From Microbotryum violaceum (taxonomy: Eukaryota), in the NCBI GenBank assembly GCA_001244265.2, contig CDLV01000011.1, positions 992,001 through 1,056,000 of the forward strand: a stretch of 64,000 nucleotides of DNA, written 5' to 3'. The position numbers and the translations under genes are program-made. Shown here piece by piece: positions 24,622-35,927 of this stretch. The stretch's first letter is position 1. Each line of letters opens with the position of its first letter. A model generated the notes under the pieces. That model was not told the origin of the DNA. It saw nothing but the letters and a program-made list of their open reading frames with translations, and did not search any database.

Positions 24622-24710
24622 GGAGGCACCGCTTGGCGGCGAGGACAAGGGGGCGGCTTGGTCGCGAGAGCAATGGGGCGGCTTGGGCGAAGACAAGGGG
24701 GCGGCTTACA
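24622..24710 (-). mobile_element. Truncated LTR fragment
   Basis: Minus strand starts TGTAAG after a purine-rich tract; ggggcggctt repeats like those at 49005-49070. Confidence 0.4.
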
Positions 24711-24928
24711 CGCGCGACCCTCCCTCGTACGGATAACATGAGTCCGTGCCCAGTACGCGTCACTTATGAAACCCTTCTGCAAAACTCAGATTTTGGTACT
24801 CTGGAATCCATATGGTATGTAGAAACATTGCAGCATCAGCTCACTAGCGGTTGCTAAGAATGGAGTAGATGTTAAGCATCCCCAAACAGTTGATTAACTG
24901 TCTGCAGTAGGTTTCATGCACTCAGAAA

Positions 24929-25813
24929 ATGACAACCTCAACTTCTTCTCGTGTCCACCGTAGAATCCGTATGATCCAGCACCGCGAGGCTAGCGCCAGT
25001 CAGACCCTGCGGAAATCAGGAGCGGATCCACACAAAGCACTCTCCTTCCTTGTTGAGCGGATACTTCGTCCATTTCGAGCATAACAACGCCTGGATGGGG
25101 TACCTTCTAGACAACGCCAAGTACGCTCATGTCAACAACTTAAGCGATGAACCAACTGCAAGTCAAATACAAAGGGGACCGCTCACCCGACAACAAAGCT
25201 CGCCAGAGCCATACCTATCGGATGATGAATCGGATTCATATGAGGATGAGGATGATTCGAAACTCGGCAGCTTTGGTCGCGGTCCCCCCCAAGTCCTCGA
25301 TGTCTCGCACCTCCTCAGCCTCGGGGCTTTCGAACTCTCGCAAGAACTGTTCCAGCGACTCCGAAGAGGATTCGACAAGCGATTCATACTACGGAGTTGA
25401 AGAAAACAGATCAGAGAAGAATTACCTGACAACGTCGTCTCCGCACCACTCCTGGCTCGGAAAGACAAGAAGATTTGGACCGGCATACCTGCGAGCTCTC
25501 TCGGCGGAACGCAGACCGACGAACTGTCGAACACGAAGCGCGGAGGCGTTTTTCTCAAACATCATCTTCACCACTGCAGAGTACAACGAGCTCCGTCTCA
25601 GGCCGCTCGTTCCTCGCAAGCAGAAATCCGAATGGAAATTTGTAAGCAACCTCCCTGTCCTGGAGCTCCCAAGGTTCATAGCTACAGAGGTGTGTCGAAG
25701 CTGCGTGCTGCGCTGTGTTTTGTTTCGTCCTGTGATCGACCTAACTCTTATTCGTGAGATATATCAACAGACGCATGACTGGGCTCCACGCAAATATGAA
25801 TGCTGTCTCGCTG
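24929..25813 (+). pseudogene. Degenerate unidentified coding sequence interrupted by the 25814 element (may resume at 27888)
   Basis: Overlapping protein-like ORF pieces with an acidic tract, cut at the insertion. Confidence 0.3.
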
Positions 25814-27885
25814 CATCAGCAACTTTGCCACTTTGCTAAATGGCACTAAATAAATCTCGAGCCGCTAAACCGATAAAGTGCGCAAAATGGCACAAAATGG
25901 CACAAAATGGCACTCAGATTGGCACTGTTTGATGAACTTAGCAAAGTTTGATGAAGTTGACACTTAAAATTTGGAGGAGTGCTGTGGTGAGGTGTAACAA
26001 TGTCAAGACCTTGGTTGCTATTTTTCCTATTACCAACTCTAGGTATCAGTATACCAAGTATTCGACCTGCAATAGATACATAAAGACATGATTTGCTCTC
26101 GACACATGTTTGCAGTATTGCAAAATATTCTCCTACCAGAACTGAAGCTATACTGATGATTCAATTGAGCACTCATGACAGGGGCTATTCTGACAGATCC
26201 ATTTGCGCCGCCCTCCCTTTCCCCTTCCCGCGACTCTGAGGCGTTCTCGGATCACGTAGAATTTTGATGCTAAATACCCTCCCAAAGCGATCACAAGTTA
26301 CAGTCAACTGGTTGTTCCAGATGTCCACAACATTCTGGATATTCCATGCTCGTGCGATCTCCATTTCTCAAAATAGCACCTGCCCAAGATCCGATCGTAA
26401 AACATCCTCAACCGAGTGTCGTAGATTGCAGTAGTCGCTGTGCGGCGACGTAAGAAGGAAATGCGCCTCTTGCGCCTACGGACAGAGTGGGACTTAGACA
26501 AAATCTGGGAGCAAGGCGCGAGTCGCCGCGCGCGGCGCGCCGACTCAACTGGCGCGAACCGGGCCTTCGCCAAGACGTGTGCGCAAGCGCCGTCACGGCC
26601 AAGTGACTCGCATTAGCAGATTAGGCCACGGCTGCGTGTTGTTTACCAAGTCCACGCGCCGTCGCGAGCCTCCTTTTCCTTCCTCCCACTCACTGCCACC
26701 GCTCGCGATCCCCATCCCTTGTTCCCTCTTGCCTCCACCATTACCTTTCAATCTGCCCCGGCTATTTCCGAGTGAGTTGACCGTATGGCACAGTTATTGA
26801 AAGGTATGGCTGAAGCGTTACAAGCCGCCGGCAAAGACACCGCCAGCGACCGGCGGGACCAATGCGCGGTCAACCGAACACGAAGCAGACTGAGGCGCAC
26901 GTCACATCTTGGCAACGCTGACCATCTTCGGAGGGGTTCCTGGAACTTCGCTGTGGCCACACTTTTAGGGTGATCTTGAAGAGGTTATACTGTTGTCCAG
27001 AGCAGGAAATGGCTAATAAGTATTTGCATTACTGCAGAGAGATTTCCAGTTCGGCCGGAAGTCAGGCGACCTGTCTAAACACTGTTGAACGATCTCGTCG
27101 CCGTGTTCGCAGCTTGCGCCAAGAGCCAAAAGGTGGCCTCTCTCAATGCGGCGCAGCTGGACAACCAACCCCTGGCTTTTGGTCTAGTATCTTATGCTTA
27201 AGGTGCGGTGAGTCGAGATATTTTCCGCGGATATCGTTTTCATCCCTGTAACATTCGACCTAAAGTTAGTCTACTGGTCCCATCAATAGGCGCGTGTGTC
27301 TCTTGAAAAGATGATGCCCCCAATTGCGGAGTTCTCAGGTGAGTCTCAATCACCAGTTGTTGCGACATACTGTTTCCCCAGGGGGGGGGGGGGGAGGGGT
27401 TATGCTTCCGTTTTCAGGTGGCGAAGCAGTGGCCAAAGACTCGCTCGAGGCAGGCCTGGCACTTAGGCACAGGGCACAGTTGGTGCCGAATGATACGTAA
27501 GAAGAGGACTCAGAATAGATTGTTTGGCTGGCAGTAGCCTAGTACTTAGCACTGTGATTATGAGTGGAATGCAAGCATGTACCAGTACTACCAGGCATCG
27601 ATCGCTCAAGCGCGCTTATACACATAATAGCACTGAAATCAGGTTGTTGTTGCAAAAGCACTATAAGTGCACTAAATGGCACGGAAGCCACTAAATGGTA
27701 CAAAGTGCACTAAATGGCACAAAGTGCACTTAAGTGCACTTAACTTAAGTGCCTTTTAAGTGTCATTTAGTGACCCACCGGAGATTATAGAAAGTGCACT
27801 AAATTTCACTAAAAGCGCTTTTGGCACTAAAGTGCGCTAAATTTCACTAAATTTCACTAAAGCGCGAGTGGCAAAGTTGCTGATG
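25814..27885. mobile_element. 2.07-kb non-autonomous CACTA/CMC-like DNA transposon
   Basis: Perfect 19-bp TIR CATCAGCAACTTTGCCACT; 2-bp TSD TG; dense subterminal AAATGGCAC/AAAGTGCACT repeats at both ends. Confidence 0.9.
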
Positions 27886-28450
27886 TGTCGTCGAGCGACC
27901 TTACGGTAAGGCGCCCTCGTCTACTCATCATCAACAGCCGTCGGACGTGGCAGTGGGGATCTGATGACGTCCAGAACTGCCCATCACTCTTCTAGAAGCT
28001 TGGAGTCAATCCGCGAAGGTCGACCTGTCGTGGTGGTTCTGCGGATGGCCGTCGTTGCTCGTGGGCCTGCAAAAGAGATCGGGGGCGTTTGAACATCGTT
28101 CAACTGCAATGATCATACAAGCAAAAGTCCGCCGATGTCGAAGCGTGACTTATTAGAATCTGTATCTTCGCTCGATCTCTATGAACTGTTCTTCATGGAT
28201 GAGAGGAGCGAAGGACCGGTGCCAATTCTGGTCTAATCCGAATCGGCGCAATCACGTTCGGGAGTGTCGGCCTTGGCGGTTCGGGCGCCGGACCGCTGAC
28301 ACCACGGGCGCGGGCAGAACATCGATGTAGCAACTACTGCTTCGTCCGCCTCGTCTCACCGGCTAGATGTACTATAGACCTGTACATACATCATACTACT
28401 GTTCCCAGAGTGATATATCACACATTGCAAGAGATACAGGCGTCTACACT

Positions 28451-28600
28451 ATGTGGTACCAAAGTCGCCATGAACGTGGTACAAGAATGACCTCGGGTGT
28501 GATCCCAAAGTCCGCTCCGATGTGATCCCAAAGTCGCCTCCGATGTGGGACCAGAGTCGCCTCCGATGTGGGACCAGAGTTGCCATCCTCGGGACCAAAG
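28451..28600. repeat. Degenerate ~23-bp minisatellite
   Basis: gatgtgggaccagagtcgcctcc-like units, about 5-6 copies. Confidence 0.7.
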
Positions 28601-28973
28601 TGCCCAGCTATTCGCGCGATTAACCTAATTCCGATATTTTTCAGCTCCCTGTTCGACTGCACCAATCAGGAAGTCGGGTACCCAGGATGCCCCAATCCAT
28701 GCCACCGGCATACCATCCCGGGCCGCAGCAGCGCGCCAGCAGTGTACAAACCAATTTCAGCAAGACAGATGGAATTTTCGAGCCAGATATAAGATTTCGG
28801 ACTCTCAGACATTCCTTTCACACAGGATGGAAACAATCCGTTCGCTTTCTTCTTGAAATCGAGGTCAAACTCTTGATTGCGTAACAGATACGCACACGGC
28901 TTCCACACGCTACGCAGGTTGCAAGCAAAGATAACCTAATCGGCTAACGAATGTGAGCTGAATTTTGCGATTC

Positions 28974-30142
28974 TCAATCGAAAAGACCGAAGCCCATGTC
29001 GTCATCGGACTCCTCTTCCTTCTCAGGTTCCTTCTCCTCGGCCTTGGCGGGGGCAGCAGCGGACTCTGTCGCAGCAGGAGCGGCGGCAGCGAAGGCCTCG
29101 GGGTTGGCCAGGTACTCCTTGACCTTTTCGGCACCTTCGAAAGTAACATCGGTGGCAAGAGCAATGGCGAGCAAGTTCTTGTACGAGTTGACAAGCGAGT
29201 GCGTTACCGAAGCAATAGTCGGGTAGTTGAGCGCGAGCGAGATCGCGGCAACCGTCTTCACACCCGACATGAATTGGTCGATGAGGGTCGACTCTTCGAC
29301 ATCGAGGACCGAAGGCGCAAACAGCTGTCCTTGGTCGAAAATGTAGATGATCTTCATGCCGTAGGTGAACGGCGAGATGTTGAGCATGTTCAGGAGCGTC
29401 GCCTCAGACGATCCCACGCGCGAATCGGCCTGGACCAAGTGAATGTCGGAGACGATTTCGATCGTACCGCGGGCAATCTTGGTCGGGATGTTGAGCGCCT
29501 GGAAGAATGAGGTCTTGCCGGGTTCCATGCCCGTGTTACCGGCGGGGACCCAGACGTCATTAGGCGCGTAGGCACCGGCCTTGGCGGGCGCGGCGACCTT
29601 GTTGGCAAGGATAACTTCGCGGATCTCCTTCAAATCCGAAGAAGTGAAGACGAAGCCAACGTTGCCCTTAACGTGGGGCAAGAACTTTTCGAGCGAAGGG
29701 TTCTCGGCCAGGATGAGGCGGATCGCGCGGCGAACCATCGTGTTCTTTCCCATGAGGATCGTACCCTTGCCACGAAGGGCTTGACGGATTTGATGCATCT
29801 GGTTAGAGCCAACATTGTCGACGTTGACGATGAAGATCGAGGCTGTGAGGGATGAGAAAGGGGGAGAGGGGGCAAGGTCAGTCAACGGTCAGCAGTAAGC
29901 ACCTGGCAAGCTGACGGCCGAACGACCGGCAGGCAATCCGGTCCAGGCGCGAGCATCGCAACAGCGGGGCGGGACGGGTACCCAGGACGCAAAGACCAGG
30001 GCCGCATGGCTCGCTGAAGCGCTACCGCGCTGGGAAGGCAAGAAACGTGCGTCTAGAGTATCCCACTGGACTTACGATAGGTCTCGATCAAGTCTTTGAG
30101 CTTAGCGAAGTAGGCCAACTTCTCGTCCTTGGAGCGTCCCAT
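28974..30142 (-). CDS. RPP0: 60S acidic ribosomal protein P0 (uL10); exons 30142-30076 and 29842-28974
   Basis: [16 protein letters not shown]...; [24 protein letters not shown]-terminal [13 protein letters not shown]. Confidence 0.98.
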
Positions 30143-30878
30143 GTTTAAACAAGGCGGGTGTTGCGAGATGGGTGGTGGGGAGTCGGTAGCGTTGGTGGTG
30201 GTGCAAGTCTACCCTTGGGCTCTGTCCAGAGGCGCAAAGAATTTAAAGACGTTGCTGTGGAACCGGTGAAGAGCGAGAAGCACAAAGGAGTGGGTCAGTT
30301 CTGTCGGCTCGTGGTGCGAACGAGGAAAAAAGCAAATGCGGGTCGAATTGGTGCAATCAAACGTGCACTGCGCCCCACTGGGAATTGCCTGAGGTAGTCA
30401 CCAGCTGCTAAGCCGTATTACGAAGTGTATAGGCGTATACTGGCCAGAAGATCAAACTCACCGAGGTGCTTGCAGTGGGAGGGCGACAAGTGATCCGTGT
30501 GCAGGCTCGCACTGGCAGGCGCTGGCCGGCGCGCGAACCTATATACGCTCAACTTAACTTCCAATACGGTCGGGCCAAAATCATTTCATCCAGCGACTAA
30601 ATGGCGGTCTCGAGTCAGCCTTTAAAGACAGCGCGGGCAGCGCACGTCACCCGAGCTCACAGGCCCAAGTCCGCACGCACAACACCAGGAGTCACCAGTA
30701 AGTAAATATCTCTGACTCGTTGGGATGCAAAACACTTAGACTTCAACCTGTGAGTGCTCGGATTCTGTTCCTCGTACATCCCGGATAATTCCTGAAGGGG
30801 GCGAAAACTAGTGGGTGATTACAACACTGGACAACTTTGAGGCATTTTGTAGATACATGATGTTGGACTGCGCAAACG

Positions 30879-32840
30879 TCAAAACCTCGGAAGTTTCGCG
30901 GGCTTGTCGAGTGCCAATTCGAATGGCGTCTCTTTGTCGGCCCGATCCACTATATTGGGGGGACGCTTGGCAAAAGGGTTTCGGTGCAAAAGCGCTAGAC
31001 CAGGGGTTTCAAAGGGTCTGGCTTTGACGCTACTAGCCAACGCCACTTTACTGCGCGAGCTTTTGGTGCGACTCGATCCAGCCGAAAACCCCTTGCTGGG
31101 TTCGTCATTGATCGTCCGAGGCCGTGAAGTTCCCGTGGAGAGTGAGAAGCAGGGAAGCATCACATTTTGACACCTATCCTTCCGGAGTCGCTTCCTTGGG
31201 CGGATGAGGTCGCCCTCATCAACCGTTGCAACCCTGTCGCCGGCCGGACCAGAGGGCCAGGAGGAGGTGGGGAGTGGCGCCTGACTTGCCAAAGGTGTCA
31301 TCACGTGAAGCTGTCGCAGCAGCATCAAATTTGATCGAGGCGGTACCGCTATTGTTCGCATGAGGCAAGACCGACGCTCTTGTGCCCCTGGTTGTTGGTA
31401 GAACGGATGCCTAGTCGCTTGTTCGCGCGCTGTTGCTGGCCGTCGCTCGCTTTCGCGTAGGTCCCACGCCGCAATGCGATCCGCTTCGTCTTCGGGATCT
31501 GACAGGGGGTCGATTTCGGTCTTGCTGGGTAGCTGCGCGCTACCCTTCGCAGACAACAAAGTGGCACCATGGCCTAAGATAGCATCGTCGCGGACCTTGA
31601 ACGCCGCGTATCGCGCATCAGACTCGGAGTTGGCAGAGGACAACAATGCCTCCGTGGAAACGCCGGAGGTGGAAGTGACCTTGCCGTACACGGGAGAGAA
31701 GCTCGCGTACCGAGCTTCCCTGACCATGTCGACGTCTTCTCGGATGCAGATTTGGGGCGACGCCGCGTGCTCGTTGTGCATCTGTGCATCCCGGAGTCTT
31801 GGGATTGCATCAATGTGCACCACTATCGATTTGCGCAGGCGACGGACCTGTCGGGTGTCGCCGACTCGAATCTCCCCCAATTGCTGCAGGTATGCCAATA
31901 TACGCGCTGGGGAGTAGTTGATGCTGCTGAAGAGCTCGAGCTCGAGCGAACTTGAAAGTCCCTGCATTTCGAGAGCAACGCGGTTTGCGATTGCACATCT
32001 CCAACCAGATCTTGGCTCATCGGTCCCTCGAGGCAGAGATGAAACAGCGGCGTTGAGAAGGGACCGCACTTGGGAAGTACAACTCGTCCCTCGCACGTCA
32101 AGCATCCGCAATGGTAACGCCGCAAGATGCTTCACTCCAGAGTTGGTCACTCTCTTCAGAGAAGCCAAGCTCAAAACCTGCATGTGTCGATATGAGCGTT
32201 TATCGTGCTCAAAGGCGCGGGCGATCCACGCCAAGCCGTCGTCGGTGACCTGAGTTGATCGAAGCTTGAGTACGGCGAGAAAGTTGGCGAGGGGGTCTTT
32301 GAGAGCGATGATGTCTTGGTCCGAGAACGCGGTTTCCCCTAGGTCAAGGACGGCGAGAAAGAAGCAGGGTGCCGCGATCTGTCCTGTCATCGCTCGTTGT
32401 TGTTCATCTTGGGTCCACTCCGTCTGCCATACAACTTGAGATCGCTCGTTCGCGTCGCTAAGCTGGCGTATCTCGAGGTGATCGCTTCGGCACAGGCCAC
32501 GGTAGGTGCAGTGGCGCTGGGGCATATCGGTTGACAAGACCGTCGCAAAGTCGACGAAAACATTGAATGGGAGCAGGCCGATTTCGGATTGTGACGCGAT
32601 CGCCTGGAGGATTTCGGAAGCACGGTCCCGATGGAAGTTGCCATCTAGATGATCGAATATTCCCTGTCTCAACCAATTGCGAGCGACCACATCCACACAA
32701 ACGGAAGAAAGCGACGGAACACAGGAAAGTACGGTCTCGAACTGTCGATCTGCCAGCTGATCGAAAGCGATAGCATCCAACCGGGAGCGAGACTTGAATC
32801 GACTTGTCGAGCTCACGGTGAAGTCCTGCCCGCGAGCCAA
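30879..32840 (-). CDS. Hypothetical RNI-like leucine-rich-repeat protein
   Basis: 653-codon ORF; LDLGETAFSD, LKLRSTQVTDDGL, LSLASLKRVTNSGV, LDVRGTSCT repeats; start uncertain. Confidence 0.7.
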   Translation of the reverse strand: MARGQDFTVSSTSRFKSRSRLDAIAFDQLADRQFETVLSCVPSLSSVCVDVVARNWLRQGIFDHLDGNFHRDRASEILQAIASQSEIGLLPFNVFVDFATVLSTDMPQRHCTYRGLCRSDHLEIRQLSDANERSQVVWQTEWTQDEQQRAMTGQIAAPCFFLAVLDLGETAFSDQDIIALKDPLANFLAVLKLRSTQVTDDGLAWIARAFEHDKRSYRHMQVLSLASLKRVTNSGVKHLAALPLRMLDVRGTSCTSQVRSLLNAAVSSLPRGTDEPRSGWRCAIANRVALEMQGLSSSLELELFSSINYSPARILAYLQQLGEIRVGDTRQVRRLRKSIVVHIDAIPRLRDAQMHNEHAASPQICIREDVDMVREARYASFSPVYGKVTSTSGVSTEALLSSANSESDARYAAFKVRDDAILGHGATLLSAKGSAQLPSKTEIDPLSDPEDEADRIAAWDLRESERRPATAREQATRHPFYQQPGAQERRSCLMRTIAVPPRSNLMLLRQLHVMTPLASQAPLPTSSWPSGPAGDRVATVDEGDLIRPRKRLRKDRCQNVMLPCFSLSTGTSRPRTINDEPSKGFSAGSSRTKSSRSKVALASSVKARPFETPGLALLHRNPFAKRPPNIVDRADKETPFELALDKPAKLPRF

Positions 32841-33378
32841 TGGTAATGTCAGTTAGCCGTTCGCGCGTCGTGACGCGACGACCATTTATCGCATGAACGA
32901 GTACGAACCCGATAGCCCACGCCATCTATGCCCGAGAACACCAGCCCATCGTTCTTGGTGTTCGAGTAGTGACTGTGGTTGGTTGAGAGACGTGCCATTA
33001 AGTTCAAAGTAAGCACACAGACAAACGAAGGCATCGTCGACATCAGTGGATCGTTTTGAACTCACGGCGGCATCCGGTCTACCACCAGTCCGGATCAGAA
33101 GCGGGTCGGGGGAGGCCGTGGGGTTATGGTAGCAAACTGAGGCAGCACAAGGCTCTGAGGCTCTGTTGGGCTGTCGTTTTACGTGAAGGAAAGGGTGGTA
33201 CGTGCCGAGGCGAAATGGGCCGATCCGCGCCAAGTGGAGCCGTAAACTTAAACTCGCTTGACGTAAACACCCTTAACGATATCGTTCAACCAAGCCCGGA
33301 ATCTCGGTGCCGCTCTTCTTGCTCCTACGATGCGAAGAGCGCCTCACAAGTCAAGGAGCTGGCAAGATCCGTCAGTCG

Positions 33379-35833
33379 ATGGAGCCCGTTGCCTACGTCG
33401 ATTCGCCTTTCGCACGGTACCTCGAGGGTTCGTTCTTCACGTCATACTCAGCCCTCGACTCCCCGATCGACGTCGATCGCCGGTCTCACCGGCCCATGAA
33501 TCTTGCCCTTGCCCGGCAGCCGCTGCTGACTTTGGCTCGTCTTTCACATGGTACAGAAGCCGGAATCGAAGAGCATACGCGACTTGAGAGCTTTCCTGCA
33601 CTAGCCATCGGAGAGCCCAACGTGTTCGATATCTGTGCACTCAACAACGCCGATGTCGACAGCCCGCCGGACCTGCTGAAGTCAAGGGGATCGCCATCAA
33701 CCCCACGCAGATCCCGCTCGAGGCAAGAAAATGGCGACGAGTGCATCAAATTTGCCCTTTCGACTTCTTCGCTGCTTACACCTAGGCTGAAGGATGCTTT
33801 GAACTCTTATCCCCCGCCTTCGCACCAAAGATTGTCGGTGACCGAGTGCTCAGCCCGGGCGGCCACCGTGCATTGGGAAATCGGCGAGTCGCCAAGAAAC
33901 TTGGGCATCGAGGAGGCTTTCAAATGTTTGTGGCAGCGATTGGATTGCACAGTACGGAGAATCGTTTCGAGCATGCCCCTGCTTGCGTCGCCCGTCTCGC
34001 CTTTTCGCGACTTACCGGCGCAAACTTCGGTCGAGACAGCTTACACCATGGTCGACATGACGAGGTTGTTTGACCGTCTCATTTCGGCGTCACAAGAGTT
34101 CGACCTGCATGCTGCTCAAGTTCTCCGATCTCTACGATCAGCAAAGCCTTGTTCACCTGGCAGCCAGCGGTGAGCCACCAAGACTCGTTACAGAAGTCTC
34201 AAGAAGAGATCTTCTCCTTTCATAGGCATCCCTAACCTGGTCGTCACCTCTGTCCCGCCGCTGGCTTAGCCCATCTTCGCCCGGCTCCTCGAGCCGAACA
34301 TTGCAGTCGCCACCACTGGACGCATCTCTCGTCGTTTCGGTGACACCCCAGGTATGTCCTGATAACCACTGGTGGCTGGGTTCAAGCTCGCCTCCCTCGA
34401 CGAAGAGGATGAGAGTGCTCAACCCTCTTCATCCCTGGCTCGCACAGCCTAGCGGCCTCACCTCGATGTATTCAAGAATGCTAATGTTGATGCAAGAGAT
34501 GGCCCACGAATATCAAAGCGCTTTTTGGGATCCGCTCTTCTCTGCCCTCGGAGCAGTCGTCATCTCTGATGCCACAGGCGGCTCAAAAACGGCAGCGGAA
34601 CCCAACCTTCGAGACGGCGTTCTCGGTGGCATCCACCGCGCAAACAGTATTGCCAGAGGTGCTGGAGGCGGTGCGGGAAAGCATCGAGCCCGACCTTCTG
34701 TCGGAGCTGAAGGCGTCTTCGGAATTGGCACAGCCGGTCAAGGCGAGTCGCCTGGAGCGGTGAAGATCGGAGGCAGAAGATCGCTCTCACCTCGCCGTCG
34801 GCCGCTATCGTGGTCTCTGGAATACACTGTTCCGACGTCGGGCCTGTCCGGTACGATACCCTTGCCATTCGACAACACCTCAGTCGATGGTTACGAAACG
34901 AACTCGGAGGAGACTGTGCCTGATAAATTGCAAGCCGCTTTCGAGAGTGTCCATGGTGCCCGGCGATTGTGGCTTCTGAACCTCACTGCCATCATAGGTC
35001 TCCCTTCCACTCGACTAAACCCTCTGGCCTCGCATGTCGGCAGTATGGCAATGACGGTCCGGCGGAAGCTGAATCAGCTGGAAGGTTTGCAGATCGTGGA
35101 CAAGAGACGCATACTTTTTGCAAGTAGTGCGAACGCTGACTTGCTGCCACCCTGGAACGGTCACAATTTCGCCCCTCCGCCGCCTCAGTCGCCCGCGGCC
35201 GTCTTGCTTACTGATCTCGAGGGATGCCACGCTGCTCTATGCGAATTGCTACGAGACATGGAAGTCCAGATGGCTGCAACCGTGGATGAGGCTCGAAAGC
35301 GACTTAATGAGGAGTCTACATCATCCCCAGCCGCGCTGTTTACTCGTCACGACTCGGTGCGACAAACCCTGGATATGCTGCGGCGGAATTACGACGAGTC
35401 GAGACTCATTTTGCGCCGAATCGAACCAGATGCGGAAGTCGGCAGACGACCTCTCACGGCGCTCTGCGCTCGAGCGAACTTGCCAGCGGCTGTGGCAGAA
35501 GACGTCAACGCTGAGGTGCACGCGGCAGTGCTTCCAGCCTCGTCGTCGTTTGTCGAACTCGGGGAAGGATCCGAGCTATTTGAGACCAGTCCCTCGCACG
35601 CTGTCGATGCAGCTGACCCGGAAGTAGAGCAAATATTTGAGGCGAACGTACCAGCTTCGCCAATGCCTCTTCGCAGCACGAGGGCGCGAGAGGAAAGAAT
35701 TCGTGCGAAGCGTGATCAGCGTGTCTCTGACCTGCTCAAGTCACCAATATCGTCCGAGATCAGGCTTATCGGTGAGCTCAAAGGCGTATTGGAAGCTCGA
35801 CGGAAGCTCCTAAAGGCGTGTGACGATCTATGA
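33379..35833 (+). CDS. Vezatin-like (VezA/myosin-binding domain) protein, probably one intron at ~34170-34225
   Basis: N-terminal MEPVAYVDSPFARYLEG, IKFALSTSSLL and C-terminal REERI...IGELKGVL resemble fungal vezatin homologues (recalled, not searched). Confidence 0.6.
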
Positions 35834-35927
35834 CGGAATGCAATGCAGCAAAGTACAAATTCAACTTGTAAGGGTCAGACGGGCCTTGGTCGGTTTGCGT
35901 TCGCAGAATACGGCGCTTTGTCGCTCC

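Noticed and set aside
28451-28600. CRISPR-like periodic repeat
   Set aside because: Degenerate tandem units without unique spacers; eukaryotic context with no cas genes
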